Of a stretch of 64,000 bases of DNA, positions 26,961 to 40,945 are shown piece by piece. A program made the position numbers and the translations under genes. Every line of letters starts with the position of its first letter. The first letter of the stretch is position 1. Below the pieces are notes generated by a model, which saw nothing but the letters and a program-made list of their open reading frames with translations, had not been told where the DNA came from and did not search any database. This DNA comes from Octopus sinensis (Eukaryota), in NCBI RefSeq assembly GCF_006345805.1, contig NC_043018.1:13764001-13828000 (forward strand), read 5' to 3'.

Positions 26961-27667
26961 TTCAGTTGAAATAGAGTAATAGTAGCAGCAGAGGCCGCCA
27001 TTGGTGCGGCTGCAGGAGTAGAAGCACTTGCAGTAACAACATATATAAATGAGACTTTTTTTTTCCTTTTCAGTGTCACCCTTAGAATTCGAAAGCATTC
27101 GAACGCTGAACTAATTGGCTAAATACACAGTAGTACAGTATTAAAAAGTGAGATGGGTGGAGAAGTGAGAGGAAGCAGCAGGATTTAGTCCCGGTTTCGT
27201 TGCAAATTAATGAAAGGGCTCTGGAAAGCGTTGCAAGTGGCAGAGTAACAGATATCAATTACAGAGTCGAAGTAAATTATATACTTTAGGTTAAGACCAT
27301 AACACTTTAGAAGCTTATTCAATCTGGCTTAATCAGCTCTGCTTAGTCACTCGAGAATTATTATTCGTTATTCGACAATTAAATTTCCGCCATTAAATCT
27401 TGTCCGAAAGTTAGAAAAATATTAATGCTACACTGAAAAGATTCTGATAAATTATAGTACAGCAAATCAACAGGGACTGATGTGGTTGTTGGTTTCAATA
27501 TATCTTCTAATATCGATCACTTGGTTTATTGATTAAATTCCACTAATGTCTGTTGGATAGAGTGAATTTCATGACGGTTTCAGGATCAGCAATCCCACTA
27601 TTGGTTTCCAATTTTGGTACGAGGCCAGAAATTTCTTACATTGATTCCAATAATAATAATAATAATA

Positions 27668-27716
<49 letters not shown>

Positions 27717-28059
27717 AATCATTTCTACTATACGCACAGGGCCTGAAATTTTGGGGGTGGTGACCAGTCGATTAGATCGACCCCAGTACGCAACTGGTAC
27801 TTAATTGATCGACACTAAAAGGACGAAAGGAGTGGCTATGTGGTAAGTAGCTTGCTTACCAAGCATATGGTTCCGGGTTCAGTCCTACTGTGTGGCACCT
27901 TGGTCAAGTGTCTTCTACTATAGGCTCGGGCCGACCAAAGCCTTGTGTGTGGATTTCGTAGACGGAAACTGAAAGCCCGTCGTATCTATGTATGCGTGTA
28001 TATATATGTGTGTGTCTGTTTGTAACTATTATTTTACAGAATAATAGAATTAAAATTTC

Positions 28060-28230
28060 TTTGATTAAAACCTTTCTAACATGGAAGTATCCAAAGAGCA
28101 TTTGAGGCACATAATGCTTTATAAGTACGAAAAGGAAACTCTGCAGCCGAAGCAACTGGAAACATACACTCAGTTTATGGGAAAGAATGCTCGAATGAAA
28201 GAATTTGTAGTAGATGGTTTGCAAAATTCA
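28060..28230 (+). mobile_element. Mariner transposase N-terminal fragment
   Basis: MEVSKEHLRHIMLY, then after one frameshift KGNSAAEATGNIHSVYGKECSNERICSRWFAKF (HTH region). Confidence 0.8.
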
Positions 28231-29079
28231 ATTCTTTTTAAATTCACCCCCATGTTCTATCAAAACATGTATTGGTCCCCTTTTCGTTTAATTAATGAAG
28301 TATAATATTTAATTAATGCAACAAAAGTATCAGTAAGCGGAAGCTACTGTTCCGGTGATAGCTTAGAAATACACTTCATCTTCGGTGTCAATATCCGATA
28401 ACCGGAAATCTGGTCCGTAGATAACGATATGAAAATCCAAGCTTCAAATTCGCTGTGATTCTAATTCGTCATCTTGTGGCTAGGTAGAGTAAATGGATAA
28501 TCGACAGATATGGCAAATCATAGGGGAGAGGAGAATGAAGAGAACAACAAAAATAAGTTAAAATGAAAGACGGGTATGATACACAAAAATGATTTCCCTT
28601 ACAAGATGACACAAGGTTTGTGGTTCTGCGAATAACAAACGTGACCCAAACAATATACGGTGAGCTTTCTAAAGACGAAATAGGATCGGGCATTAAAAAG
28701 AGACAGGATATTTCTGAAGCACACACCAATAGTCAAAAGCACCTTAAAAACAAATATCTGTGAAAGACTCAGAGTCGCCTTTAGTACGGGTATAACGATA
28801 ACGGTTCGAAACAGCCTTGGTGCTAGCTTCCTGCGTACGTGTAGGAGTGTTGTCTTCATTATGTGCTGCATTTCTTAAATCGTAACTTTTAAGATTATAT
28901 CCCTGCTTTCTATAAACGTCGAATTCATTTGAGTTTATTTTAAGTAATCGCAACGTCTCTAGCATCTCTTAATGTATCGTGTAACGCCCACAGTTTCTCT
29001 AGTAATAAAGCTCTCTGCAATTGCATTAAACTAGGTTTTATGCCTATTTCCTCTATAACTTATTATTATTATAATTATA

Positions 29080-29117
<38 letters not shown>

Positions 29118-29132
29118 TATTATTATTATTAG

Positions 29133-29166
<34 letters not shown>

Positions 29167-29167
29167 A

Positions 29168-29385
29168 AGGCGGCGAGCTGGCAAAATCGTTAGCGCGCCA
29201 GGCAAAATACTTTGCGGTATTTTGCCTGTTTTTACGATCTGAGTTCAAATTCCGCTGAGGTTGACTTGGTCTTTCATCCTTTCAGAGTCGATTAAATAAG
29301 TACCAGTTACGCACTGCGGCCGATGTAATCGACGTAATCCCTTCCCCCCATATTTGAGGATTTGTGCTTCCAATAGAAAGAATTA
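29168..29385 (+). mobile_element. SINE family B with alternative tail, in an (ATT)n/(GTT)n tract
   Basis: ggcggcgagctggc head, flanked by trinucleotide repeats. Confidence 0.85.
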
Positions 29386-29578
29386 TTATCATCATTATTA
29401 TTGTTATTACTATTATGTAAGACAACTCCTTCGCAATATAATATTTGCCTTAATTATACATACTTTTCTTTCCATATATCAAAAACCCAGAGGGGTTCAA
29501 ACTAGAGACATGAATAAAGGGCCCCATCCGCCAATCTGAAAAGAAGCCATGCAATAGCTATCTTCCTCTGATTAGCGC

Positions 29579-29728
29579 TTCTCTCTCTCTCTCTCTCTCT
29601 CTCACTCTTTCTCTCTCTCTCTCACTCTTTCTCTCTCTCTCACTCTTTCTCTCTCTCTCTCACTCTTTCTCTCTCTCTCTCACTCTTTCTCTCTCTCTCT
29701 CTCACTCTTTCTCTTTCTCTTTCTCTTT
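29579..29728. repeat. CT-rich minisatellite (ctctctctctcactcttt)n just inside the peptide-gene intron
   Basis: About 7 units of 18-20 bp. Confidence 0.9.
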
Positions 29729-29783
29729 CAAGCACACATACAATATGCCATAAAAAAAGTAGTAAGGAGTTGTGTGCACTTAC

Positions 29784-29853
29784 CTTCGTTATACGACAAA
29801 GCGTATGAAATGAGTACGCAAAAGCAGAAACAGAAAGCAATGATAGTTTTCAT
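29784..29853 (-). CDS. Signal-peptide exon of a putative secreted peptide precursor (MKTIIAFCFCFCVLISYALSYNE + 1 nt); whole exon 29784-29860 including 7 nt of 5' UTR
   Basis: Minus strand reads tttctttctattcacag|gtgcgtgATGAAAACT...AACGAAG|gtaagt, with a near-consensus acceptor and donor. The product has a basic N-terminus, a hydrophobic core and an A-L-S cleavage motif. It ends in phase 1. Confidence 0.82.
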
Positions 29854-29924
29854 CACGCACCTGTGAATAGAAAGAAACGACAATAGTAAGTATTGAAGAT
29901 AGGCAATATATGTAAGCATGCAGT

Positions 29925-30162
29925 TACGTTGGAAGGGATACTGAAAGGTTCCTGGTTTTAAGGGAATGCTGAATTTAAAAGTTTTAAAGGCCTGGTTGGA
30001 GGCTCAACATTCCGAGTCCTTCAACAGGATTCAAGAAAACCGAAGGACGTCTGCAATAATTGTGTGAATTTGGGAGTGGAATATGTTGAATAAAATCATA
30101 ATTAACTGATCCTTCTGTATTTTTATTAACCCAAAGCCAGGAACTTTCCAGCAAGCCTCGTA
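29925..30162 (+). mobile_element. Mariner-derived internally deleted element/MITE
   Basis: TA ends, imperfect TIRs (..gaaaggttcctggtttt / aaagccaggaactttccagcaagcctcg), and a transposase C-terminal remnant ending ..GVEYVE*. Confidence 0.7.
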
Positions 30163-30209
30163 TGTTATGTGTGTGTGTATCTCTCTCTCTCTCTATCTCT
30201 CTCTCTCTC

Positions 30210-30264
<55 letters not shown>

Positions 30265-30367
30265 TTGGGAGACTTTTCTTAAAGTAGTAGAAATGGCTAA
30301 AAGAACTTTTTGGCTGCTATTTCTAAAAATTTCAGTATGTGGCAAAGTAAATTATTTTACTGAGCCC

Positions 30368-30403
<36 letters not shown>

Positions 30404-30437
30404 AACACACATATATATAGACATTCATATATACATA

Positions 30438-30494
<57 letters not shown>

Positions 30495-30989
30495 GGGTAA
30501 ATGTGTTTATGCCTGTGGAAGCAACTCTGACTTTTCTAGATTACGAAAGCTTATTATTTCTATGATCATGCACACCAAACGTTTTGTAAATTCGTGATCT
30601 CATTAGAGAACCGTCAAATTTAGAATTAGTTGAATGTAAATGTTACCCTCTTTCGCTGATTATACAGATAAAAACAGGTCAATACATCAGTCACATCGGC
30701 AGCTGTAATTAATCTTTACAACCGAGAGCATAAATATTGTTTTGTGCCCGAAAATGCAGCGTTTCGATATTCGGGGACCGACCTCTCGATACCTTCTGCA
30801 ACTTCTTTTTAGCAATGCAAAGGATAAGACACTTCCTTTCCTGCAGCAGACTTTCTTCAGCCTCGCGTTATCTGCATGCAACTTGGATACCACACGCCAA
30901 GCACGTGAACCATTCCGTGAACAGAGAAATTCTGATAACATTCTCTCAATCCATGTCACGCGAACTTTTCTATCATTTCAGCATCGCCG

Positions 30990-31058
30990 TCGTCGCCATA
31001 ATAATCACCATCATCATCATCATCATCGTCGTCGTCGTCGTCGTCATCATCATCATCA

Positions 31059-31094
<36 letters not shown>

Positions 31095-31185
31095 TCATCA
31101 TCATCATCATCATCATCATCAACAACAACAACAACAACGTCGTCGTCGTCGTCGTCGTCATCATCATCATCATCATCATCAACAA

Positions 31186-31251
<66 letters not shown>

Positions 31252-31290
31252 CATCATCTTCTTCTTCTTCTTCTTCTTCTTCTTCTTCTT
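30990..31290. repeat. Compound (CAT/CGT/CAA/CTT)n microsatellite
   Basis: Direct reading. It is the source of the poly-H/poly-D/poly-M ORFs. Confidence 0.95.
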
Positions 31291-32124
31291 CGTCACCATC
31301 CATTATGTTTTTCATTTATGATACAACTGTAAACCTATGTATCTGGTGGTTTCTGTGCTGGAGATGGCGGATATTTATCTTCCCTCTAATATAGACACAA
31401 GCTCGCATTTTGCATCTGTCTGTCGCTAATATATCCTTTTTTAACAAGCTCCCTGGCTAACCACGACACCGGCGCCCCTTCTGCCACTGTTTTTCTATAT
31501 ATCGCAGGCGGCGGGGGTTGGAGACGCTGCTATCTCTAGCGGTTAAGATAGAGAATATAATGGTGTGAGTGTGAGTTCTAATAAAAACAAAAACATCTCA
31601 ACATTTATTATGTATTTGTTACCTTTTATCCAGTAATTATTCAAGATATTACGAAAAAGAACAGTACAAGATTCCACACGTCTTTACGTTCTGAGTTCAA
31701 ATTCCGCCAATGTCGACTTTGCCTTTCATCCTTTCGGGATCGATAAATTACGTACCAGTTGCGTACTGGGTCGATCTAATCGACTCGCTCCCTGCCCCAA
31801 AATTTCGGACGTTGTGCTTAGAGCAGAAGAGAATATATATTCTACACAATGATGAATATCAATTACAGATAAGGACTTGCAGTTGGTGTCTTTAAACACG
31901 CGTCCCTGCGTGAGCAACACACACATACATACACACAGACCTATAAGATGATAATAATAAGGATTATGTATATATATATACGGAATTGATAAATAAAGGG
32001 TGCAAAATAGCAACAGCGATTGCTAAAGAGTCAAAATTAACTCTAAAAGCCACAAAGATGAGATTAGTATTTTTTTAGAAAAGAATCATTTTGTATTGAT
32101 TACACACAGACACACACACGCACA

Positions 32125-32208
<84 letters not shown>

Positions 32209-32477
32209 GATAGACAGATAGACAGACAGACAAATGGATAGATAGATAGATAGATAAACATCTCTCCACTCGTCTCCAAATTCTTGCAAAGTTGCATGGC
32301 CGAGTGGAACATACGTCTCCTTCTAAGCCATAGTAATGGGATGAGGCAATCCAGCAACATCAACTCCAAAAGGAGGTATGTTTCAAGGTGATTCCCTCCC
32401 CCCATTACTCTTTTGGATCCCACTTTCAAATAGAAATCAGTAACACCAGGTATGGGTACAAAGTTTATAATACTATA

Positions 32478-34195
32478 ATAAACCATCTGGTTCATGTGGA
32501 CGATCTAAAGTTGTTTACCTGAAATGACCAAGAGCTAGTAGGGCTGCTAACAACTGTTAAAGGGTTCAGAACGATATCGGGATCGATGTTGGCCTAGATA
32601 AGTGTGCTCAAGCAACTTTTGTAAGAAGCAAATTCAGACAAACAGCTTCCATTAATTTAGATACCGACGCTACCATCAAAGAAATTGATACACAAGCAAG
32701 TTATAAATACCTGAGGATAAACGAAGCAGATGGTATGCAACATGGCATTATGAAGGAAAAGGAGGAGTATTACCAAAATCTGAACTCAAATAAAAAACAA
32801 TCGCATCGAAGCAGCCATTAACAACCTGGCACTTCCAGTAGTCCAATACAGTTAACATCACTAACTGGAATCTTATAAAGCTCCAACACCTGGACAGAAG
32901 ACAAGAAAGCTATTAACATCTAAGAACATGCACCACCCAAAAGCAGGTGCTGGTCGTCTGTATCTCGCTAGAAGTAATCTAAGAAGAAGAATGATGCAGA
33001 TAGGACTGTACTATAAGACCTCCACAATTAGTACAAAGAATATGTACTAATCTAGTACAGGGGAGTGAATGCTACGGCTTGGGTGCAAGCACGAAACAGC
33101 AAAGTCACATTCTATTGTTTAAGAAGCTTGCAAATTCTCAAGGGAACTTGGCATTAACCCTGATTCAGATGAAGAATCTGGAACCACTGCCACCAAACAA
33201 GCAAAACGGATCAAGCAGACTGCAAAAATGAACGGGCAGAAACAAATTGAGGAGCGGTGGAGCCAGAAGCCCCTGCATAGACAGTAAATTCTTCGAAGTT
33301 AAAATGTTGATGTAGCAACAACCCATCAACTGGCGAGGATTTCAGGACTGGAAGCAGAGAGTCCTGGTTTCATATTGTCGACAAAATATCAAAGTTCGCA
33401 TGCCAGAAACTACCAGGCTAGCGTTCTTCAAAACGGTTCTGACCCTTAATGCAGTTTCTACGTCATATTTGACGAAACAATAGACGATATCTTCTCGGGA
33501 TATCCTGTGCTGACACCAAATGAATATAAAAATCACCATGATAGGGTAGGACTGTATTTACATTAGAACATATGGAAACGCTACAAAATTGCCATTCCTG
33601 CTTACGGGTGTGAACATCATCCTGAGCCAATCGTTGAAGGTAAAAACTTCACTATCCTCTAGGATTTTTCAATCAAAACCGACAGAACTATCCCAGGTGA
33701 TCGATCAGACATAATTATTAAACACAAGGAAGAAAATATTTGTAGACTAATACATGTAAGTATTCCCACGGAGAAAAATATGTCTGTAAAGAAATTTGAC
33801 AAATTAAGTAAATATAAGGAACCGGAAATTGAAATGCAAAACATGTGCCATCTTAAAGCAAGATCTGTTCTTGTTATTGTATTTGTTATTGTTAGGTATG
33901 ATAAAAAAAAGGAATGTCGGAAACATCTAGATAATATCCCAGGAGAACCATATCTCAGAGAAATCCAAAAGATTGTTCTGACAAGTACTGCCCACATCTT
34001 TAGAAAAAAACCCTATCAATTTATATCTGTGACGTATTACATGAAGATATTTCGCTACTGCCGCTGCCAACTCCCCTCCCCAAGCTTTCAACCATACTGT
34101 AACATCTCTTATTCTTCACTCACCCCAGGATACTGGGTGTGTCTCGGCAAGTGACTGTAACAAACATGCATTAAAAAAAAAACTAAATAATAATC
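32478..34195 (+). mobile_element. 5'-truncated R4/Dong-clade LINE relic with C-terminal restriction-like endonuclease
   Basis: NHLVHVDDLKLF, GLDKCA, SYKYL, HHPKAG..RLYLAR, DFSIKTDRTIPGDRSDIII..VSIP, and KLSKYK..EIQKIVLTSTAHIFRK (ORF 33780-34154). It has multiple stops and frameshifts and ends in an A-run plus TAA. Confidence 0.85.
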
Positions 34196-34399
34196 AATAC
34201 CCTGATGCAGTACCAGGCAGTGGCTCTCATGGTTTGTGATCTTAACTGATTGGAAGTGTTATGTGCATGTTTTGTCTCGTTATAAAAGATCGACTACAGT
34301 AAATATTCTGCTGAATACCACAGATTTGCTTGTCGGTTGTTTGACCATAACCAGTTGAGAATGATAACATTGAAAATGGTAACACTCACAGGTAACAGT

Positions 34400-36970
34400 G
34401 GTGCCGTATCAACTGTGTTTTGAAAACGCAGCATTTAAAATTTATAAGATAATGCTACATTGATGCGAATCTACGGGAGCCAGTTAGCTTATCAGTTGTA
34501 ATAAACTTATTACCACGAAGAGGAAATCCCTCGCAGACACTACTAAAATGTCCATATAAATGGAACTCCCAGAATAAAGTTTGGCAGAAATCTGGATGCA
34601 AATGAACCGGCTTCAGATTTGGAAGAATAGGCGGAATAAAAATACTCACATACACATGAATAAGTATGAAAACCATTCAGGTAGATCGAGTGATACTGGC
34701 CCAAATAGAAAGCTGCCTAGAACTAATCTTGAACCTGAAAACGTATGTGGTGAATGGTAGGATTTTCGACAAAGTGAAAGTAGGGTTATCGATCAAAACA
34801 GAAGCACATACATGCATGCTTCTGTTCTAAAATACTAAGGATCGAATATTGTGCAAATATCTAATATTGCAAACCTGTCAAATGTATAATCGTATACTCG
34901 CATAGGGAGCTCATATTTGACAGTAAATCCCTGTCCACCTGTTAAAGAAAGTAAACGAGATTTAGCGCTCGTACCTGGGACCTTAGAGACGTATGCAGCA
35001 GACCTATAAAATGTTTGCGATCAATATACTGCACATAAATGTTTCTCCAATATTCCTTTGAGAGACATTATAGTAACTGGGGAGTAGACTAGGGGAAAGA
35101 GTGAATTTGTGGCCCAAATTTGTTACTGCATCAACGAAGTTGTCCATAAGGAAGTGAGAAAAGAATATAGCTCAACCATTAAAAAGCGGTCTGCTTTTTC
35201 TCGCACTGTGTCTGGCCGAGGTTTCTATGGGCATAGTCTGTGCCAACAAAAGTTTGAATAACATAAATTCAACAGTGCTGCCACTAAGAATTGAAGAGAC
35301 TCCACTAAATATTAACAGAATCAGCTTTTCAACAGGACTATTCCCAGGTGACAGTTAATCAGTACAACCGTACGTTCTTACAGAGAATAATTAATCAGCA
35401 CTGATGGAGAAACATCAAACCTATACATTCGTATCAGCTGAGACGCAACAATAATGAATATTGCAACCATTAATTATTTCAATGACCGGAAGCTGTATTT
35501 AGTGTTTTTCCATACCGAGAGATAGATGGAGTTGGCTACTATATACTCACAGGACACAGGAATGGAGTTTATATCAACATTTGTTCGTATTTGGTAGTTA
35601 ATGGAGGTAGTTAAATGCGGCGAACTGGCAGAAACGTTAGCGCGCCGGGCGAAATGTTTAGCCGTATTTCGTCAACCGTTACGTTCTGAGTTCAAATTCC
35701 GCCGAGGTCGACTTTGCTTTTCATCCTCTAGGGGTCGATAAATTAAGTACCAGTTACGCACTGGGGTCGATGTAATCGACTTAATCCCTTTGTCTGTCCT
35801 TGTTTGCCCCCTCTGTGTTCAGCCCCTTGTGGGCAATAAAGAAATAAGTTAATGGAGGTAGATTATTGACCAGACAAAGAATATGAATATCAATTAACCT
35901 GTCTAACTCCCTTGTTTTTAACGTAGGTCTCGGTATTTATGAGAATTTGGCATACAATGGCGAGTGAGTAAAACTAGGTGCGACAAAGGAATACTTCAAC
36001 AAATTTCAGAACGTATCGATCTTAGAACTGTCCGTGTTCAATAAGATCACAAGCTCTACCACTGTTACAGTATCGATGGTGGAGCAAATATTTGAGATAC
36101 CTGCCTAAGCATTTAAAGAAATACACACCAATAATGACTCTACATTAGTGTCACTAACCTCATCTACGTTAATCGTAGGGTCGTAGGTAGTGGCATAAGT
36201 TCAAGTCTAACGAAGTTTGAGTGTTGCGTCGCATCGCTCACACAACACCGAGATCTGATGGTTATACAACCGGGAAAGCATTAAATTATTGCGAGTAGAA
36301 GAATTCCGGAATACGTAAAACGCGTGCACAACTATTCCAAGCGTCTCAAAAGAAGCTACACGAATCTACTTGATTAATAGAGTAGATGACAAACACCCTT
36401 CAATTCATCAGCCTGGATACATATTCCACAACCTAAGAGATATCAATAACTTTTAGCTGAAAGAATAGGTTTTCTTGGATCTGTGATAAATATCTCACAT
36501 CACAAGTACAATGCTGTATCTTTGCTATTCAGGGACGACATGAGTTGATGAACAAAAGGGGAAAGTATGCCCCCGACCAGTTTGCAATAGAAAATATTGA
36601 TTGCGTCAAACCAATGAGGAAGGGACCTTTTACAATGTCAATTATTGTCAAGATATTTCCGTAGGGCACAATATTTCCATGAGATACACTGTTGTTACCA
36701 GAACAATTCATAATACAACCAGTCGGATTCATTGTCCTGACGACGGCCATAACAAAGACGTAGCAGAATCAAGATGTAAACAGTGCTTGGAAACTCATGA
36801 AAGATAAAGAAAATCGGAGCGCAAAACAACAAATCAGATATTTTTACAGGGACAAATATCTAAAGTCAGTCTCTGCCATTGAACCCGGTCGTCCACATTT
36901 TGAGAATGCCTCGTCAAAAGTCTTTGGAAAGAAAGAACGTCTAAGAGAAATTACTGAGAAAATTATATTC
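34400..36970 (+). pseudogene. Older, heavily decayed R4/Dong-like LINE relic, split by a SINE at 35611-35846
   Basis: Scattered motifs STGLFPGDS (like GIFQGDS), INYFNDRKLY (like HLLYMDDLKLY), NKITSSTT, LIYVNRRVVGSGI (like RLYxPRKEGGRGL) and CIFAIQ, in RT order. Confidence 0.55.
35611..35846 (+). mobile_element. Full-length monomeric SINE family B
   Basis: 15-bp perfect TSD agttaatggaggtag at 35596-35610 and 35847-35861. Confidence 0.93.
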
Positions 36971-38150
36971 TGGCTATAAACACGCACACACACACACGCA
37001 CACACAGAGACACACACACACACACATAGATAGATAGATAAATAGATAGATAGATATTTGTTCATGGAGCAGCATGTAATGCCGTGACGAAGAGTTTAAA
37101 TGAATTTTAGTAAAATATGCACACATCCATACGGGCAGAAGATGGGTTTTACAAATCAAAATGAAAAAAAAAAACTCCCAGAAAAATAGTTTTGAGAATT
37201 GCAGTGACAGGCAACTAACGAAAATGTAAAAATATGTACAACCTTCCGGAAGCGTAGCTAGATTGTACTAGAAGGGATTTGAAGATCTACCCGTCCCTGT
37301 ATTCTTTGCAATTGTTTTGGATTTATACTCCCGAAAATATTCATAATCAAGCGAAGCAAACCCGGATTTACTCGCAAGAAGAATTATCGTGGGATTACAC
37401 TCCCTCAGCGATCGTCACTGGTTCATATTACTTGATACGATTAGTTGGAATCTTGACTCTACCTGGGTATTTTTATTTATTTTCAGGTGTGTGTATATAC
37501 ATATATGGATATATAAAGATATGATCAGGTAAGTATGAATAAGACACGCCATACGGAATCGAACTTACAAAGGTTTATATGCAAACATATATGCACGCGC
37601 ATACACATATATATATACCTACATTCATAGAAAAACAATGAACATCGTACCTAAGAACAAAAAACAACAACAACAAGAGCAACAACAAGTATATAACCAG
37701 TTTACAGCGAGGTACGTATATCGGAACTTGAAACTAAAAACACAGACGATCGAAGTAATAAATCTTAAAATCAGCTTCGCATGGAATGTCTAATTATTCA
37801 TAACGTTGAAAACATTGCACTCTGAAGTTTACTTCGCACCGAAGCAACGAAGCCGACCACGAAGCACATTCTGCACCAAAATGCAATTAATAAAGATGGA
37901 ACAATCTTGAGTAGAATATGTTTGATCTCTTACTTTTTTCTATTTTCCTTTTTGCTCATTGGAGTGTGGCCATTACGGTGCAGAACCTTGAACGGTTTTA
38001 GCCGAACAGATCACCTCAGTACTTATTCCAGTGTTTTCTTTTGTCGATCGTTAAGTTACGGAGACGTAAACAAACGAACACAGGTTTCAAGCGAAGGCAA
38101 GGGACAGACACAAAGGAACACTTACACACACACACATACACACACACAAA

Positions 38151-38181
<31 letters not shown>

Positions 38182-39156
38182 CTATATGCTCTCGTCCCGC
38201 CCACCGTACACCTGTACAAGCAATGAGAATTTGATGGATGGAATGAAGTAATGTACGGTATAAAAATTTGACCACTACAGATTACTTATGCAGTTGTTGA
38301 ACACAAAATTGTACAACCATCGTATCCCTTCTTTAACAGGAGAGTCCACAACATTAAACATGCAAGTTGTAACTTAACCTATACGATTGCGACTAATTTC
38401 AGGCTTGCACCTTTCAAAAATCAATTAGATTTCTTACACATTTTTTTCATTCTCTATAGGAAACGATTTATGACTCTTAGAATGTATAACATCAACACAG
38501 GTTCCATCTTGAAAATTACCTTTTTTTTTCACATCCATTATCCATAACTCTTAAAATCGAGACATCAGCGCCTGTTAGGCAATGTTTTTCTATCTATCGC
38601 TGAGGTCGAGCATCCATCCTTGACAACACCAAGGAAAGTCGAAATCATGTTATCTGGTGGTCTCGGTGCTGGAGAAACAAGCGTGCATTCTTCACCAAAA
38701 GCCAGTCTTTGCGTTTCTATCATGGTATCCACCATTGTAGAGTTTGTCCTAACAGAACATTCACTTTTAAGCGCAGATGAATATTTATCATTATTCATAT
38801 TCTTTTTCAAAATTAACTGAGTTTAGAAGGAAACACTTTGCCATAGAAATTCGTTTCCCATTAATTTCTCAGAAATTAATTCCGGACGAACCAGTGTGTC
38901 TCAGTTTACACTGTTTCAACTGTAACTATGCCAGGTTGTTATTTACATTTGCAGCGAGCAGTTTGACTGCCACAACCGCAGCTGTCGAGTCACGTCAAAT
39001 GCGACAGAGGCCAATTAGACTGTGGCAGGTAAACATGACAGCCACAGAGATAGACACAACGTATGACACTTGTAAAGGATTAGGACTAATCCGTTGTTCT
39101 GTCACAGTTTCTTAAAGTTTACCTCTACAGATTTTTTACAGAAATTATAATCGGCA

Positions 39157-39557
39157 CTCTTTTACTTTTTACTCTTTTACTTGATTCAGTCATTTGACTG
39201 CTGCCATGCTGGAGCACCGCCTTTAATCGAGCAAATCGACCCCAGGACATATTCATTGTGAGCCTAGTACTTATTCTATCGGACCCTTTTGCCGAACCGC
39301 TAAGTTACGCGGACATAAACACACCAGCATCGGTTGTCAAGCGATGTTGGGGGAGGGTGGGGCAAACACACACACACACACATATACATATATGCGACGG
39401 TCTTCTTCCAGTTTCCGTCTACCAAATCCACTCACAAGGCTTTGGTCAGCCCGTGGCTATAGTAGAAGACACTTGCTCAAAGTGCCACGCAGTGGGACTG
39501 AACCCGGAACCATGTGGTTGGTAGGCAAGCTACTTACCACTCAGCCACTCCTACGCC
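39157..39557 (-). mobile_element. Full-length SINE family C
   Basis: Matches 44100-44506 end to end. Confidence 0.9.
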
Positions 39558-40798
39558 TGCTTTTTTTAAAACATTTCGTATCGGAGACGCCTGATAGAAA
39601 CAATATCAATGAGATCGAAGATAAAAAATGAGTATTGCGCGTATATGACATACTCCAGGAATTTTTGCTCCTTCCTCAGCACTCATCCAAGCCATTAATC
39701 ATCCACGACCTCATTGCGACAGACTTTAACATCACCCATTTCAAAGTAGCGTGCTTTTAATTTAATGAATGCACTCTCGATCAAGACACCAGCACTCCAC
39801 CTGTTAGAAATAGCCTATTATTTCTGATAATTGAAGGTACGATTTTGAAACAAGGAAGGTCAATATATATTTGGATATCTAAGGCAGCGAGCTGTCAGAA
39901 TCGTTTGCACGCCGGTCGAAATACTAAACGGAATTTCGTCCGTCTTTATATTCTGCCTTCAAATGGCGCCGAGGTCGACTTTACCTTTCATCCTTTCGGC
40001 GTCAATAGAATAAGTAGCGGTTGAGCACAGGGATCAATTTAATATTCACGGCAAGAACGGATATGATTATAGATCTTCCTTATCATGATTGGTTTAGAGT
40101 TGGACCACAACAGTAACAACAACATTAACACACAAAATTACATTTTTCACGAATTTTGTTAGAGCTTTTCTTTTTCTTTCTAACATGTTTATACTATTTT
40201 AAAATTCCGTATAGAACTCTTATCTGCAATTCTTTAACTCTCGAAGTACCTCAGCTCATAATTGTTGACAGATCAAATTCTATGCTCTAAGAGTAAAATG
40301 TATAACATGAAAGCTTAGACGTTTCAATAGCATATACACAACGAGCATGTCCCTGCTGGTGGTTGCATATGAACACGTATGTGTATGTATGCGTGTGTAC
40401 ATATATGCACACAATACTAAGAAAACTTAATGTCTCATATCAAAGATGGTCTCTATAGGTGACCTTAGAAATGTTGTCAATGATTCTTGATACTGCAAAT
40501 GCTACGATTATAATTGGAAATAAAGGACAAAGAAAAAGGGAATACGAAACCTTAGATTGAGCTCAAGAGATTCTTTAAGCTTTATGTTTTCAATAACATT
40601 ATTGCATCATAGCATGCAGGCAATTACGATATCTTGCACGATATTGTATCATGCTGCTAGAGTAGGGACATTTCAGATATAGTACACGCATGGGCATACA
40701 TATATTTTATACACACACACACATACATATATTATATACATATATACATATATATACGTACATATGAATATCTAAATCACATATCCATACGCATCTAT

Positions 40799-40878
<80 letters not shown>

Positions 40879-40912
40879 ATATTTCGGAATGGTCATTTTG
40901 CCAGTTTAGCCA

Positions 40913-40945
<33 letters not shown>

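Noticed and set aside
30737-31332. Long poly-His/Arg/Ile/Asp/Met ORFs
   Set aside because: All frames stay open because the DNA is a stop-free trinucleotide microsatellite. The same applies to 26718-27098, 47588-48031, 52442-52912 and the CVCV/THTH/YIYI ORFs.
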